From Parcubacteria group bacterium (GTDB taxonomy: Bacteria > Patescibacteriota > Minisyncoccia > Moranbacterales > UBA2206), in contig JBAYWF010000005.1 in NCBI GenBank assembly GCA_041674205.1, forward strand, positions 15,865 to 79,864: 64,000 bases of DNA. The letters run 5' to 3'. This document shows positions 47,982 through 57,511 of this stretch, piece after piece; the stretch's first letter is position 1, and the number at the start of each line of letters is the position of its first letter. Under the pieces are notes generated by a model that searched no databases, had not been told where the DNA came from, and saw only the letters and a list, made by a program, of their open reading frames with translations. The position numbers were made by a program, and so were the translations under genes.

Positions 47982-48245
47982 ATGACGAACAATAGCCCTT
48001 GCGGATGCGGATGCGACCACGAAGAAGAAAAGGACGCGCCGGTGGAAACCCCGCACGAATGTTGCGGCGGACATTGCCACGATGAAAATCCAGTTGAAGA
48101 AGACCATTGCGGTTGCGGACATAGCCACGAGCATATGCCCACGATTTCACCGGAAGAATTGGAGCAGCTGAAAAAAGCCATCACCGAAGCCGGCTACAAA
48201 ATCGAAGAAACTCCGGAAGGCGAAATTCGAATCATCGAGAAATAA
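47982..48245 (+). CDS. His/Cys-rich small metal-binding protein (87 aa)
   Basis: CGCGCDH...HECCGGHCHDE...DHCGCGHSHEH, then a C-terminal GYKIEETPEGEIRIIEK domain. ATG is 1 nt after the cysS stop. Terminator follows. Confidence 0.55.
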   Translation: MTNNSPCGCGCDHEEEKDAPVETPHECCGGHCHDENPVEEDHCGCGHSHEHMPTISPEELEQLKKAITEAGYKIEETPEGEIRIIEK

Positions 48246-48257
48246 AAAACTCAAAAA

Positions 48258-48286
48258 AAAACTCCGCAAGGAGTTTTTTGTTTTGC
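48258..48286. terminator. bidirectional rho-independent terminator
   Basis: AAACTCC-gcaa-GGAGTTT with an A-run before and TTTTGTTTTG after. Confidence 0.6.
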
Positions 48287-48411
48287 ACCGCTAAATTTTC
48301 CTAACGGAAAACTTCAATGCGCCATTTTCTTTATGACTTTCTTTTGTGTGCCAAAAGAAAGTTAGCGTTGCACTTGATTCTGCCTAAAATTAGCCCTATA
48401 ATTAGCTGATT

Positions 48412-49359
48412 ATGGCTCAAAATTTTTGGAAACAATTGAAAAGGCCGATTCTAGCCATTGCACCGATGGCTGGGATCACCGACAGCGCTTTCAGGCAGAT
48501 TTGCCAGGAAAACGGGTGTGATGTGGCTTATAGCGAGATGGCCAGCGTCAGCGCCCTGTTTTTTAAGCCAGCGAAGACCCTGGAGTTAATTAAATCCGGT
48601 TCCGCGGAACGTCCCTATGTCGTCCAGCTGTTCGGGAAAGATCCGGCGCATTTCGCCAAAGCCGCTCAAATCGTGACTTCCGAAATCAAGCCCGACGGCA
48701 TCGACATCAATTTCGGCTGTCCCGCCAAAAAGGTTTTCGGCCACGGATCCGGTTGCGCCCTGATGCCCCAACCGGAATTGGCTCGTGAAATCATCGCCGC
48801 AGTCTGCAATAATACCGATCTGCCGGTTTCCATCAAAATCCGCGCCGGCATCAAGGATACGACGGCGCTGCATTTCATCCAAGCCATCAAAGATTTGCCT
48901 TTCACGACGATTATGGTGCATGGCCGCACCTACGAAGGCGGTTTTTCCAGCATGCCTGATTTTGCCGTTGCGGAAGAAATAAAAAAAATCGTTCCGGATA
49001 AGATAGTCCTGGCCAACGGCGGCATCCACACGCCCGAGGACACCCAAAAAATTATGGGGGAATATCCGAATCTAGACGGACTTGGCATCGCCCGCGGCGC
49101 CTGGGGGAAACCTTATCTCTTTTCCCAAATCAAAGAGATGCAAGATGTCGGTAAATATACCGCGTATGACTTTTCAAAAATACGGGAAATCGCCATCCGC
49201 CACGCGAATTTACTTTGGAAGAACAAAGGCGCGACCGGAATGCTTGAGATACGGAAACATTTAGCTTGGTATTTCAAAGGCTTTCCCAATGCTTCCGAAC
49301 TGCGCCAAAAACTGGTCCGGGCCGGAAGTGTGGAAGAGATAAAAGATATTCTGAAATAA
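48412..49359 (+). CDS. dus: tRNA-dihydrouridine synthase
   Basis: LAIAPMAGITDSAFRQICQENGCDVAYSEM and DINFGCPAKKV (Dus FMN/TIM-barrel motifs). Confidence 0.9.
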   Translation: MAQNFWKQLKRPILAIAPMAGITDSAFRQICQENGCDVAYSEMASVSALFFKPAKTLELIKSGSAERPYVVQLFGKDPAHFAKAAQIVTSEIKPDGIDINFGCPAKKVFGHGSGCALMPQPELAREIIAAVCNNTDLPVSIKIRAGIKDTTALHFIQAIKDLPFTTIMVHGRTYEGGFSSMPDFAVAEEIKKIVPDKIVLANGGIHTPEDTQKIMGEYPNLDGLGIARGAWGKPYLFSQIKEMQDVGKYTAYDFSKIREIAIRHANLLWKNKGATGMLEIRKHLAWYFKGFPNASELRQKLVRAGSVEEIKDILK

Positions 49360-49437
49360 AACGGCAATTCCGTCAATGTGTTCATAAACACTGCACAACC
49401 GAGGGTTGCCAGCGCCGGCTCCAAAGAGTATAATGGA

Positions 49438-50817
49438 ATGACTATGACCAAAACTTCCAATGAAAACCTACGGGTTCCGCCGCAAAACATCGACGCTGAG
49501 CGCTCCGTGCTCGGCGCTTTGATGCTGGACAAAGACGCGATCATCAAAGTGGCCAATCTCATCCGTATGGGCGACTTCTACAAGGATATCCATAATATGA
49601 TCTACGAAGCGATGACCGAACTCTATGAGAAGCGCGACCCGATCGACGTGCTTTCGCTCTCCAACCGATTGGAAGAAAAAGGGCAACTCGACAAGATCGG
49701 CGGTTCCAGTTATCTCACATCTCTCGTTAATTTCGTGCCATCCAGCTCCAATATCGTCCACTACGCCCAAGTGGTGCAGAAAAAATCCACCTTGCGCAAA
49801 CTCATCCAATCGGCCAGTGAAATCGTCGAGCTGGGCTACAAAGAAGAGGAAGACGTGGAAAAACTTTTAGATGCTGCCGAACAGAAACTTTTCGCCGTTT
49901 CCCAGAAATTCATCAAGCAAGATTTCGTGCCTATCAAATCGATTTTGGAAGACGCTTTCAACCGCATCGACGAACTGCACAAAGGCGACCACCAATTGCG
50001 CGGGATTCCGACCGGCTACCCTGACTTGGATAACATCCTGGCCGGCTTCCAAAAATCCGACTTGGTCATCTTGGCGGCACGTCCGTCCATCGGAAAAACC
50101 ACTTGGGCCCTGGACTTGGCCCGCCAAATCGCCGTACAGCAAAAAGTGCCAGTGGGGATTTTTTCGCTGGAAATGGGTTCCGACCAGTTGGTCGATAGGA
50201 TGCTGGCCGCCCAATCAGGCGTCGATTTGTGGCGCTTGCGCACCGGCCGCTTGAAATCCGGCGACGGCGACGATGATTTCCAAAGGATCGGGGAAGCGAT
50301 GGGCGTCTTGTCCGACGCGCCGATTTTCATCGATGACTCCGGCAGCGCCAATGTGATGGAAATGCGCACCATGGCCCGCCGCTTGCAATCGGAACATAAT
50401 GTCGGACTCATCATTATCGACTACTTGCAGTTGATGGAAGGCCGTTCCGGCGGAGACAACCGCGTCAATGAAATTTCGGAAATTTCCCGCGGACTGAAAC
50501 AGCTTGCCCGCGAACTCAATATCCCTATCATCGCCCTCTCCCAGCTGTCGCGTGCCGTAGAAGCCCGCAGCCCGCAAATCCCGAAATTGTCCGACTTGCG
50601 CGAATCCGGTTCCATCGAGCAGGACGCCGACATCGTGATGTTCCTCTACCGCGAAGACCGCGAAAAACCCGATACTCCCAACAAGAATATCGTGGAAGTC
50701 CATATCGCCAAACATAGAAACGGTCCGATCGGCCGGATATCCCTATATTTCCAAGAATCCTCCACCACCTTCAAATCGCTGGAACGGGCGCATGCGGATT
50801 ATACGAATAATGAATAA
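49438..50817 (+). CDS. dnaB: replicative DNA helicase DnaB
   Basis: NIDAERSVLGALML N-domain, Walker A ILAARPSIGKTTWALD, and IIDYLQLM ... ALSQLSR. Track GTG at 49378 is upstream; ATG at 49438 with TATAAT just upstream. Confidence 0.92.
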   Translation: MTMTKTSNENLRVPPQNIDAERSVLGALMLDKDAIIKVANLIRMGDFYKDIHNMIYEAMTELYEKRDPIDVLSLSNRLEEKGQLDKIGGSSYLTSLVNFVPSSSNIVHYAQVVQKKSTLRKLIQSASEIVELGYKEEEDVEKLLDAAEQKLFAVSQKFIKQDFVPIKSILEDAFNRIDELHKGDHQLRGIPTGYPDLDNILAGFQKSDLVILAARPSIGKTTWALDLARQIAVQQKVPVGIFSLEMGSDQLVDRMLAAQSGVDLWRLRTGRLKSGDGDDDFQRIGEAMGVLSDAPIFIDDSGSANVMEMRTMARRLQSEHNVGLIIIDYLQLMEGRSGGDNRVNEISEISRGLKQLARELNIPIIALSQLSRAVEARSPQIPKLSDLRESGSIEQDADIVMFLYREDREKPDTPNKNIVEVHIAKHRNGPIGRISLYFQESSTTFKSLERAHADYTNNE

Positions 50818-50914
50818 TTTTAAGTTTTAAATGGAATCCAAGCGTTTAAATTTTTTAATTCGGTTATTAAAAATTGATTTAAAATTTTTAATTTAAAATT
50901 TAAAATTACACCCT
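50818..50914. repeat. AT-rich AAATTT/TAAAATT intergenic repeat
   Basis: ttttaagttttaaatgg...ttattaaaaattgatttaaaatttttaatttaaaatttaaaatt. Confidence 0.6.
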
Positions 50915-51505
50915 ATGTATCCCAAACCTTTCAAAAAACTCATCGACCACTTCGCTTCCCTGCCCTCAGTCGGACCGAAAATGGCCGAACGTTTGGTCAT
51001 CCATCTCTTCAAACAGAATCCGGAAAAGATCACTGATTTCGCGCAAACATTGACGGAACTGAAAACCGGTTTGAGATATTGCCAAAAATGTTTCAATCTC
51101 AGTGAAAATGAAATTTGTTCCATCTGCGCCGACCCGAAACGCGACCGAACCGTCATCTGCGTAGTGGAAGAGCCGCTGGATATTTTTGCTATTGAGAAGA
51201 CCCGGCAATTTTCCGGACTCTACCACGCCTTGGGCGGCGTCTTAGAAAACCTTTCTGCCGGCAGCAGTTTGAAAATCACCGAGTTGCAAAACCGCATCAA
51301 AGACGGTGGCATTTCCGAAGTCATAATCGCTATGAATCCCACCACCGAAGGCGACGCCACCGCCCTCTACATCAACCGCGTCCTCAAAGACTATCCGGTG
51401 AAAGTCACCCGCCTGGCGCGCGGCCTTTCCACCGGAGGCGACATCGAATACGCCGACGAACTGACGCTCAGCAGCGCCTTGAACAACCGGATCAAATTGA
51501 ATTGA
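50915..51505 (+). CDS. recR: recombination protein RecR
   Basis: LPSVGPKMAERL helix-hairpin-helix, C4 zinc finger CQKCFNLSENEICSIC, and Toprim ICVVEEPLD. Confidence 0.93.
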   Translation: MYPKPFKKLIDHFASLPSVGPKMAERLVIHLFKQNPEKITDFAQTLTELKTGLRYCQKCFNLSENEICSICADPKRDRTVICVVEEPLDIFAIEKTRQFSGLYHALGGVLENLSAGSSLKITELQNRIKDGGISEVIIAMNPTTEGDATALYINRVLKDYPVKVTRLARGLSTGGDIEYADELTLSSALNNRIKLN

Positions 51506-51550
51506 ATATATCTATCAGCTCTTTTCACTTCTAATAAAAAAGGGGGTAAA

Positions 51551-51769
51551 ATGGAAAATTCACCCAAAAGCAATGGGATGGAGAAGCTATTTCTATTACG
51601 ACGGAGTTTTAAACCTAGATTGGCACTGACGGCTTTTCAACAAAAAGACCGCGGTCTGCCATACTCGAATGCCGAGGCGATCCTACTATTGTTATCCTCC
51701 CGATTGATTGAGGAACAGCAAGAATCGATCAATGAGTGTGTGCCGATTGATTTTTGTGACAACACCTGA
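51551..51769 (+). CDS. hypothetical small protein (72 aa)
   Basis: Strong SD AAGGGGGT before the ATG. Followed by a bidirectional terminator. Confidence 0.4.
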   Translation: MENSPKSNGMEKLFLLRRSFKPRLALTAFQQKDRGLPYSNAEAILLLLSSRLIEEQQESINECVPIDFCDNT

Positions 51770-51785
51770 AGTCCCAACAAAAAAA

Positions 51786-51818
51786 AGTCCCGAACCGGAT
51801 TCCGGTTCGGGACTTTTT
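51786..51818. terminator. bidirectional terminator (14-bp stem)
   Basis: AGTCCCGAACCGGA-tt-CCGGTTCGGGACT flanked by an A-run and a T-run. Confidence 0.7.
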
Positions 51819-51833
51819 CTATCCGAAGCTTTT

Positions 51834-51956
51834 TTAAAGGATGCTTGTTCCGCTAGCAGCCAATATTTCATCAGCCTTATACGCCATAAATAATGCGGTG
51901 GCGGCAAAGATTACGATTATAGCCACTCCGAGCGAGGTAGGAATGTTTTTTTCCAT
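51834..51956 (-). CDS. candidate 40-aa single-TM mini-protein
   Basis: MEKNIPTSLGVAIIVIFAATALFMAYKADEILAASGTSIL. Ends at the bidirectional terminator. Not in the track (<60 aa). Confidence 0.25.
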   Translation of the reverse strand: MEKNIPTSLGVAIIVIFAATALFMAYKADEILAASGTSIL

Positions 51957-52027
51957 ACTTTTTTTATTTTTAATTATTTTTTATTTATTTTATTATACCA
52001 CATCCTGAAAAAAACATAAGGGCGGAT

Positions 52028-52064
52028 TTCCTCCAAAAATACAAAGCCCGGCTTGCGGCCGGGA
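52028..52064 (-). terminator. terminator after rplU
   Basis: Minus strand: CCCGGC-loop-GCCGGG followed by CTTTGTATTTTTGG. Confidence 0.5.
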
Positions 52065-52095
52065 TTTGGTTTGTTCTTGTCTCGATATTGGAAGT

Positions 52096-52404
52096 TTATT
52101 TGATCGATAGTATTTCCACTTCCGTCATCGTCTGGCGGTGTCCGAATTTCACCTTATATCTTTTCTTGGCTTTGAATTTCATACCGGTCACTTTGTCGCC
52201 TTTTTCAGTCTTGATGATTTTAGCTTCGACTTTAGCGCCTGGCACGACCGGGGTTCCGACCTTGGCATCCTTTTCATCCCCGACAAACAAGACCTCATTG
52301 AAGGTAATCACACTTCCCTCTTCACCTTCCAGTTTTTCAACCTTGATTTTATCCCCTTCTTGGATTTTATACTGTTTTCCGCCTGTTTTGATGATAGCTA
52401 ACAT
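52096..52404 (-). CDS. rplU: 50S ribosomal protein L21
   Basis: MLAIIKTGGKQYKIQEGDKIKVEKL ... KFKAKKRYKVKFGHRQ, a canonical bL21. No rpmA follows. Confidence 0.95.
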   Translation of the reverse strand: MLAIIKTGGKQYKIQEGDKIKVEKLEGEEGSVITFNEVLFVGDEKDAKVGTPVVPGAKVEAKIIKTEKGDKVTGMKFKAKKRYKVKFGHRQTMTEVEILSIK

Positions 52405-52558
52405 AATCAGTTTGCATTTATAGTTACATAGGCTAGTATACAGCCTTTAGTTGGAACTGTCAATCGCTTTCCCTTTGAAAGCCTTGATTTATAGCCATAT
52501 CAATACAACCCCGGCTATTATGGACAAAACAGTCGTTTCGAGTTATTATGGGGATATT

Positions 52559-54076
52559 ATGGAAAAGATCCACCGAACCATATTTTTCTGGACACTAACT
52601 CTGATATTTATCATAATCACCCCAGCCATAGTCCTATACGCCAGGGGCTTCCGCTTCGATTTCAATCGGGGTGTTTTTGTCCATAGTGGCACCATTTCCA
52701 TCCAGTCCAATCCGCAAGAAGTCAAAATCAGCATCAACGGCGCAGAAAGCGATTCAAAAACACTCAACCAGATCAATAAATCCTATAATATATCCGGTCT
52801 TATCCCGGACACCTACGACCTATCGGTCAGCGCCGACGGCTACCAGACCTGGAATAAAAAGGTCGAGGTGCACAGCGGCCAAGCCAGTGAATTCTGGAAT
52901 ATAGTGCTCGCTAAAGATAACTACACCAAAACGGATTACAACACCCCAGGCATCGGGAAATTTTTTATTTCTCCCAAAAACAAAGGTATCATCTATACCC
53001 GAGAAAATGGGGACGGATTGAATGTGGGCATATTCGACATCCAGACCAAGCAGCCGACTGGCACCTTTGGCTTCCCGGGTTGGAGATTCATCGCTGAATC
53101 CCGGAGAGAGAACATAGAATGGTCGCCCAACGAAGATTACATATCGGTTCCGGTCGAAAAAACCGTTTTGGAAAACGCCGAACCTGAAACGGCATCCGGA
53201 TCAGAAAAAGAAACCATCCAATATGCCTACTTCATCCTTGATCCCACCAAAAAGACGTCTTTCAATCTGAACGACCTATTGGGAAATCCCGACATCGATT
53301 ATGTGCGCTGGGACCCCAGGGATAAAAATTATCTTTTCTATTTAAGCGGAAATAACCTCTACCGTACCAATATCAACAACATATCCGATACGGTCACAAT
53401 CGCCCAGGATGCATCAAGCTTCGATTTATCCAAAACGAATGTCTACTACGCCCAAATGCCGCACGAGCTTGTCTACAAGACGAACCTGGATGGATCGGGT
53501 GAACCGATCCAGATAACCAGCGATTTTCCGGAAGGTATAACCCGGAATTTCCGCCTGGTAGCATATGATGACACCCGCATCGCCTTCTTAACGCAAAATA
53601 AGGATCTCTATATTTTCAATAATGGAGAATTTGATTTATATTCAAAAAAATTAGGTTCAGACATAGAGGGATTGCAATTTTCCGACGATGGGAAGAAGTT
53701 GCTCTATTGGACAAAAAATGCGATGTCTGTCTATTATTTGCGCAATTGGAATGTAGCGCCGGTCCGCAGCGAAAATTCCATCGAGGACATCACCCGCTAT
53801 TCCGATGAAATCAGAAACATCCAATGGTCCAAAGATTATGAACATATCATATTCTCGATCGGCTCGCAGATAAAAATCATAGAACTTGATCCGACAGACC
53901 ATCGCAACTCTATGGATCTCCTGAAAACCGGTTCCGATCTACCCTTGGCCGGCTATGACCATGCCCAAGAAAGGCTGTATTTCGTGGACACCAAGGATTC
54001 GTCCACCGACTTGTTCTCCATCGTCTTCCCAGAACCCACGCCGATTCTCGGCCTCTATACGCCAGCCAACGAATAG
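52559..54076 (+). CDS. membrane-anchored PEGA-domain + TolB-like beta-propeller protein
   Basis: N-terminal TM helix. PEGA-like segment (PQEVKISINGAE...YDLSVSADGYQTWNKKVEV). Then WD40/PD40-like repeats (WSPNEDYI, YVRWDPRDKNYLFY, LQFSDDGKKLLYW, IQWSKDYEHIIFS). Track TTG at 52451; ATGs at 52520 and 52559. Confidence 0.55.
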   Translation: MEKIHRTIFFWTLTLIFIIITPAIVLYARGFRFDFNRGVFVHSGTISIQSNPQEVKISINGAESDSKTLNQINKSYNISGLIPDTYDLSVSADGYQTWNKKVEVHSGQASEFWNIVLAKDNYTKTDYNTPGIGKFFISPKNKGIIYTRENGDGLNVGIFDIQTKQPTGTFGFPGWRFIAESRRENIEWSPNEDYISVPVEKTVLENAEPETASGSEKETIQYAYFILDPTKKTSFNLNDLLGNPDIDYVRWDPRDKNYLFYLSGNNLYRTNINNISDTVTIAQDASSFDLSKTNVYYAQMPHELVYKTNLDGSGEPIQITSDFPEGITRNFRLVAYDDTRIAFLTQNKDLYIFNNGEFDLYSKKLGSDIEGLQFSDDGKKLLYWTKNAMSVYYLRNWNVAPVRSENSIEDITRYSDEIRNIQWSKDYEHIIFSIGSQIKIIELDPTDHRNSMDLLKTGSDLPLAGYDHAQERLYFVDTKDSSTDLFSIVFPEPTPILGLYTPANE

Positions 54077-54177
54077 GCCAGGAAATACGCCCCGCATCCG
54101 AGCCGGCGGAAAAAACCAGGTCATAAAAAAAGCGCGCCGTATCGGCGCACTTTTTGATATCAATAGATGGTTCTGAT

Positions 54178-54735
54178 TTAACGCTTCGCCCACTGCGGAG
54201 ATCGGCGAGCTTTTCTTCTTCCCGGCTTTTTCCGCTCAACGATCCTAGCATCACGGGTCAGATATCCCAAGTCCTTCAACGACTTTTTGAGGTTCTCATC
54301 GAAAATTATCAATGCCCGTGCCACTCCCAATCTAGCCGCCTCAGCTTGCCCCATAATTCCGCCGCCATTGACCTTGACTGAAACATCGAATTTCTCTTCA
54401 AGTCCGGCTGCCATCAAAGGCGCTTTCAACATATCGGAATGCCTTTCGATCGTAAAATAATTTTTCACATCCTTCCCATTCACCACGATCCCTTTGCCAG
54501 CCTTGTCAGCCGGATATAGCCTGATTTGGGCGATCGAGGTTTTCCTTTTTCCAACAGCATAAAAATACTTCCCGGAAAATTCCTTGGTTTCCTTAGCGGT
54601 TTTCACTTCTTTAGCTGCTTTAGCCGTTTTGACCTCTTTAGCCTCCTTGACTTCTTTGACCTCTTTAATCTTCTCAGTCTTAGCCGGAGCCTTGGCTTTT
54701 ACGGTCTTAACAACGGTAGTTTTTTTGATTGCCAT
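54178..54735 (-). CDS. rpsI: 30S ribosomal protein S9 with Lys-rich KEVK-repeat N-terminal extension
   Basis: C-terminal GGGIMGQAEAARLGVARAL...KKPGRRKARRSPQWAKR. The N-terminal ~60 aa is KEVKEVKEAKEVKTAKAAKEVKTAKETKE. Track start is upstream; ATG at 54735. Confidence 0.9.
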   Translation of the reverse strand: MAIKKTTVVKTVKAKAPAKTEKIKEVKEVKEAKEVKTAKAAKEVKTAKETKEFSGKYFYAVGKRKTSIAQIRLYPADKAGKGIVVNGKDVKNYFTIERHSDMLKAPLMAAGLEEKFDVSVKVNGGGIMGQAEAARLGVARALIIFDENLKKSLKDLGYLTRDARIVERKKPGRRKARRSPQWAKR

Positions 54736-54863
54736 ATGATACGGAAAATTTTTAATTTTGTAATTTTTAATTTTTAAATAATCCGCTGATTTTAAAACGC
54801 TTAGAGCATTCAAAAATCAAGATTTATTTATAAAATTATAAAATTCAAAAATTATAAAATTAT
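54736..54863. repeat. AT-rich AAATTT/TAAAATT intergenic repeat
   Basis: aaatttttaattttgtaatttttaatttttaaataatcc...ttataaaattataaaattcaaaaattataaaatt. Confidence 0.6.
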
Positions 54864-55271
54864 TTAATGTGTTACTTCGATCTTATGCTTATGTTGCGCG
54901 TCGGCATAAATCAGCAAACGGGTCATCATCTTGTCGCGCAACTTGTTTTTGCAAAGCATGCCGTATACAGCGGTCTCGATCACCTTGCGTGAATCCTTCG
55001 CTACCTGATCCTTCAGCTTGATTGAAGTTACGCCTCCAGGATATCCGCTGTAATGGTTGTAAACTTTGCCATCCATCTTATTGCCAGTCACCCGAAGCTT
55101 GTCCGAATTGATGACGACTACGAAATCCCCGGCATCGATATTCGGAGTGAATCCGATTTTGCCCTTACCGCGAAGAATCAAGGCGATTTCAGTTGCCATC
55201 CTTCCCAGAATCATACTTTCAGCATCAAATAGGTGATACTTCCTTTGGATTGTTTGCTTTCCTTTGTTCAT
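54864..55271 (-). CDS. rplM: 50S ribosomal protein L13
   Basis: LGRMATEIALILRGKGKIGFTPNIDAGDFVVVINSDKLRVTGNK matches uL13. Track start is TTG; ATG at 55271. Confidence 0.92.
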   Translation of the reverse strand: MNKGKQTIQRKYHLFDAESMILGRMATEIALILRGKGKIGFTPNIDAGDFVVVINSDKLRVTGNKMDGKVYNHYSGYPGGVTSIKLKDQVAKDSRKVIETAVYGMLCKNKLRDKMMTRLLIYADAQHKHKIEVTH

Positions 55272-55359
55272 AAATTTTATCCCGCACGCCAATTCCGGTT
55301 GTTTAGCCTTGAATTGTTATGAAAGATCCTTATTTCTTACTACGCTCGGCCTTGCGGAA

Positions 55360-55725
55360 TTAATCTACGAATTCGATAATCGCGATTTTAGCCGCATCAC
55401 CTTGTCTTGGAGCTAATTTGATAATCCTCGTGTAACCACTGTTTCTTTTTGAAAATTTATCTAAAAATTCACCGGTCAGCTTTTTCACTGCCATCAACGG
55501 GATGTTCTTCCTAAGCGCCCGCAAAACGGCGATTTTTTTAGTCTCATCCTTGGACAACTTAGCCTTATTGATGAGCTTATCCATCATGGATTTCATTTCC
55601 TTGGCCTTAGCTTCGGTGGTTTTGATTTTCTCCTCCATAACCAAACTGCCCGAAAGTGTCCTGAACAACGCGGTTCTTTGGTTCCTGACCCGTCCTAATT
55701 TTCTTCCTTTTTGTAAATGCTTCAT
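55360..55725 (-). CDS. rplQ: 50S ribosomal protein L17
   Basis: MKHLQKGRKLGRVRNQRTALFRTL...GYTRIIKLAPRQGDAAKIAIIEFV. Confidence 0.93.
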   Translation of the reverse strand: MKHLQKGRKLGRVRNQRTALFRTLSGSLVMEEKIKTTEAKAKEMKSMMDKLINKAKLSKDETKKIAVLRALRKNIPLMAVKKLTGEFLDKFSKRNSGYTRIIKLAPRQGDAAKIAIIEFVD

Positions 55726-55801
55726 TTGTATTGCAAATTAATGAGGATGTTTAAACTACTTTATTCGAATACGGCCATTGTTCATCCGCGAATATTAGCG
55801 C

Positions 55802-56776
55802 TTATTTATCCTGCTTCAAATTAACCCCGTATTCGCCGATTGCCTTTTTGATTTCTTTCACGCCCTTCGCTCCCATACCTTCAAGACCGGTCAATTCCGC
55901 CTCGGTCATCTTGACGATGGCTCCGACTGTGGCGATCTTATTACTTTCCAAAACATTCGTCGTCCGGGTTGAAAGATTTTTAAGCGTCGCGACTTCGACT
56001 TTGTTAGGATCTTCTTTCTTTTCTTTGATTTCCTCTTCAACCGATTCATTAACTACGGCCTCCTCGACCGCAACCTCTTCATTATCAGCTTCAGCCAAAG
56101 AGTTGAATACCGAGAATTGGCCGACTAGGATAGCTACGGCTTTCGCAAAAGCTTCCCGCGGATCGATACTGCCGTCCGTCGTGATTTCCAATGTGATTTT
56201 CTCATAGTCGGTCTTTTTGCCGACACGCATATTGTCCACATTATAATTCACCCTCTTTATCGGAGTGTAAATAGCATCCACAGCGATGACACCGATTTCC
56301 TTTTCACTGCGCTCTTGCTGCTCGACTGGCACATATCCGATTCCATTGCGGATCTCCAACTCCATTTCCAACTCGCCCTTCGGACTGGTTATGGTCGCGA
56401 TGTGCGCATCTTTGGTGATGACCTCGACTCCAGTCGGACACTCGATCATTCCAGCCGTAATAGCCTTCTCACCCTTGGCGTTCAAAGTGACTTTGACCGG
56501 TTCATCGTTAAATGATTTGAACCTGACTTGTTTCAAATTCAAGATAATCTGGATAACATCTTCCAAAACATTGGCCATAGTCGAAAATTCATGAGTCACC
56601 CCCTTAATCTTTACCGAAGTGACTGCAGACCCTGGAAGCGAAGACAAGAGGACCCTTCTCAGCGCGTTTCCCAGCGTAGTCCCATATCCCGGATAACATC
56701 CTTCAATTTCAAATTTGCCGGCATATTCATCCAAGCTGGTGAATTTCGGCTTTTGAGGAAGTGTTATTAATTGCAT
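55802..56776 (-). CDS. rpoA: DNA-directed RNA polymerase subunit alpha
   Basis: GYGTTLGNALRRVLLSSLPGSAVTSVKIKGVTHEFS N-terminal domain and C-terminal HhH domain LSTRTTNVLESNKIATVGAI. Confidence 0.95.
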   Translation of the reverse strand: MQLITLPQKPKFTSLDEYAGKFEIEGCYPGYGTTLGNALRRVLLSSLPGSAVTSVKIKGVTHEFSTMANVLEDVIQIILNLKQVRFKSFNDEPVKVTLNAKGEKAITAGMIECPTGVEVITKDAHIATITSPKGELEMELEIRNGIGYVPVEQQERSEKEIGVIAVDAIYTPIKRVNYNVDNMRVGKKTDYEKITLEITTDGSIDPREAFAKAVAILVGQFSVFNSLAEADNEEVAVEEAVVNESVEEEIKEKKEDPNKVEVATLKNLSTRTTNVLESNKIATVGAIVKMTEAELTGLEGMGAKGVKEIKKAIGEYGVNLKQDK

Positions 56777-56830
56777 AATTTTGATTTATCCCGCTAGGGC
56801 GGGATTAATTATTATAAATTAAGAAAAAAT

Positions 56831-57463
56831 TTATCTTGAGTAATATTCGACTACTATCTGCGCGTCGACATTGATTCCGATTTCATCCCGCGTAGGGATA
56901 TTCGTCACCTTGGCTTCCATTTTCGAAACATCGAAGCTTATCCAAGATGGAAAATCTTTTCTATTTTTGATAGCCGGCTCCAGATTTTTAAAATAGGTCT
57001 TGCCGTTCTTATTCCCGTCTATGGAAATCACATCCCCGACTTTTACCTCATAGGACGGGATATTGACCTTTTTGCCATTCACTTGCATCAAGCCATGATT
57101 CACCAGTTGCCTGGCTTGGGATCGGGAAGTAGCAAAACCGGCCCGATATGTCAAAGCATCCAATCGCATTTCAAGCCTGCCTAAAAGCAAATCACCTGTG
57201 ATGCCGGGTTTATTAGCGACCTCGTCAAAATGCTTCTTAAACTGCCTTTCCAACACCCCATAAATACGCTTGATTTTCTGCTTGGCTGAAAGCTGAACTC
57301 CATACTCGCTTTGGCCTCGAGACACTTTCTTTCCGTGCACTCCGGGAGCATAAGCACGTTTAACCGCACCGCATTTTGCGGTACCGCAACGATCGCCCTT
57401 GAGGAAAAGTTTTTCCCCCGCCCGCCTACATTTTCGACATTTTGCTTCTGTGTCTCTAGCCAT
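56831..57463 (-). CDS. rpsD: 30S ribosomal protein S4
   Basis: CRKCRRAGEKLFLKGDRCGTAKC zinc-ribbon N-terminus and an S4 RNA-binding domain. Confidence 0.95.
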   Translation of the reverse strand: MARDTEAKCRKCRRAGEKLFLKGDRCGTAKCGAVKRAYAPGVHGKKVSRGQSEYGVQLSAKQKIKRIYGVLERQFKKHFDEVANKPGITGDLLLGRLEMRLDALTYRAGFATSRSQARQLVNHGLMQVNGKKVNIPSYEVKVGDVISIDGNKNGKTYFKNLEPAIKNRKDFPSWISFDVSKMEAKVTNIPTRDEIGINVDAQIVVEYYSR

Positions 57464-57511
57464 AACGTTTAAAAAAATTGAAATTTATAATTTATAATCC
57501 TCGTCATTTCC

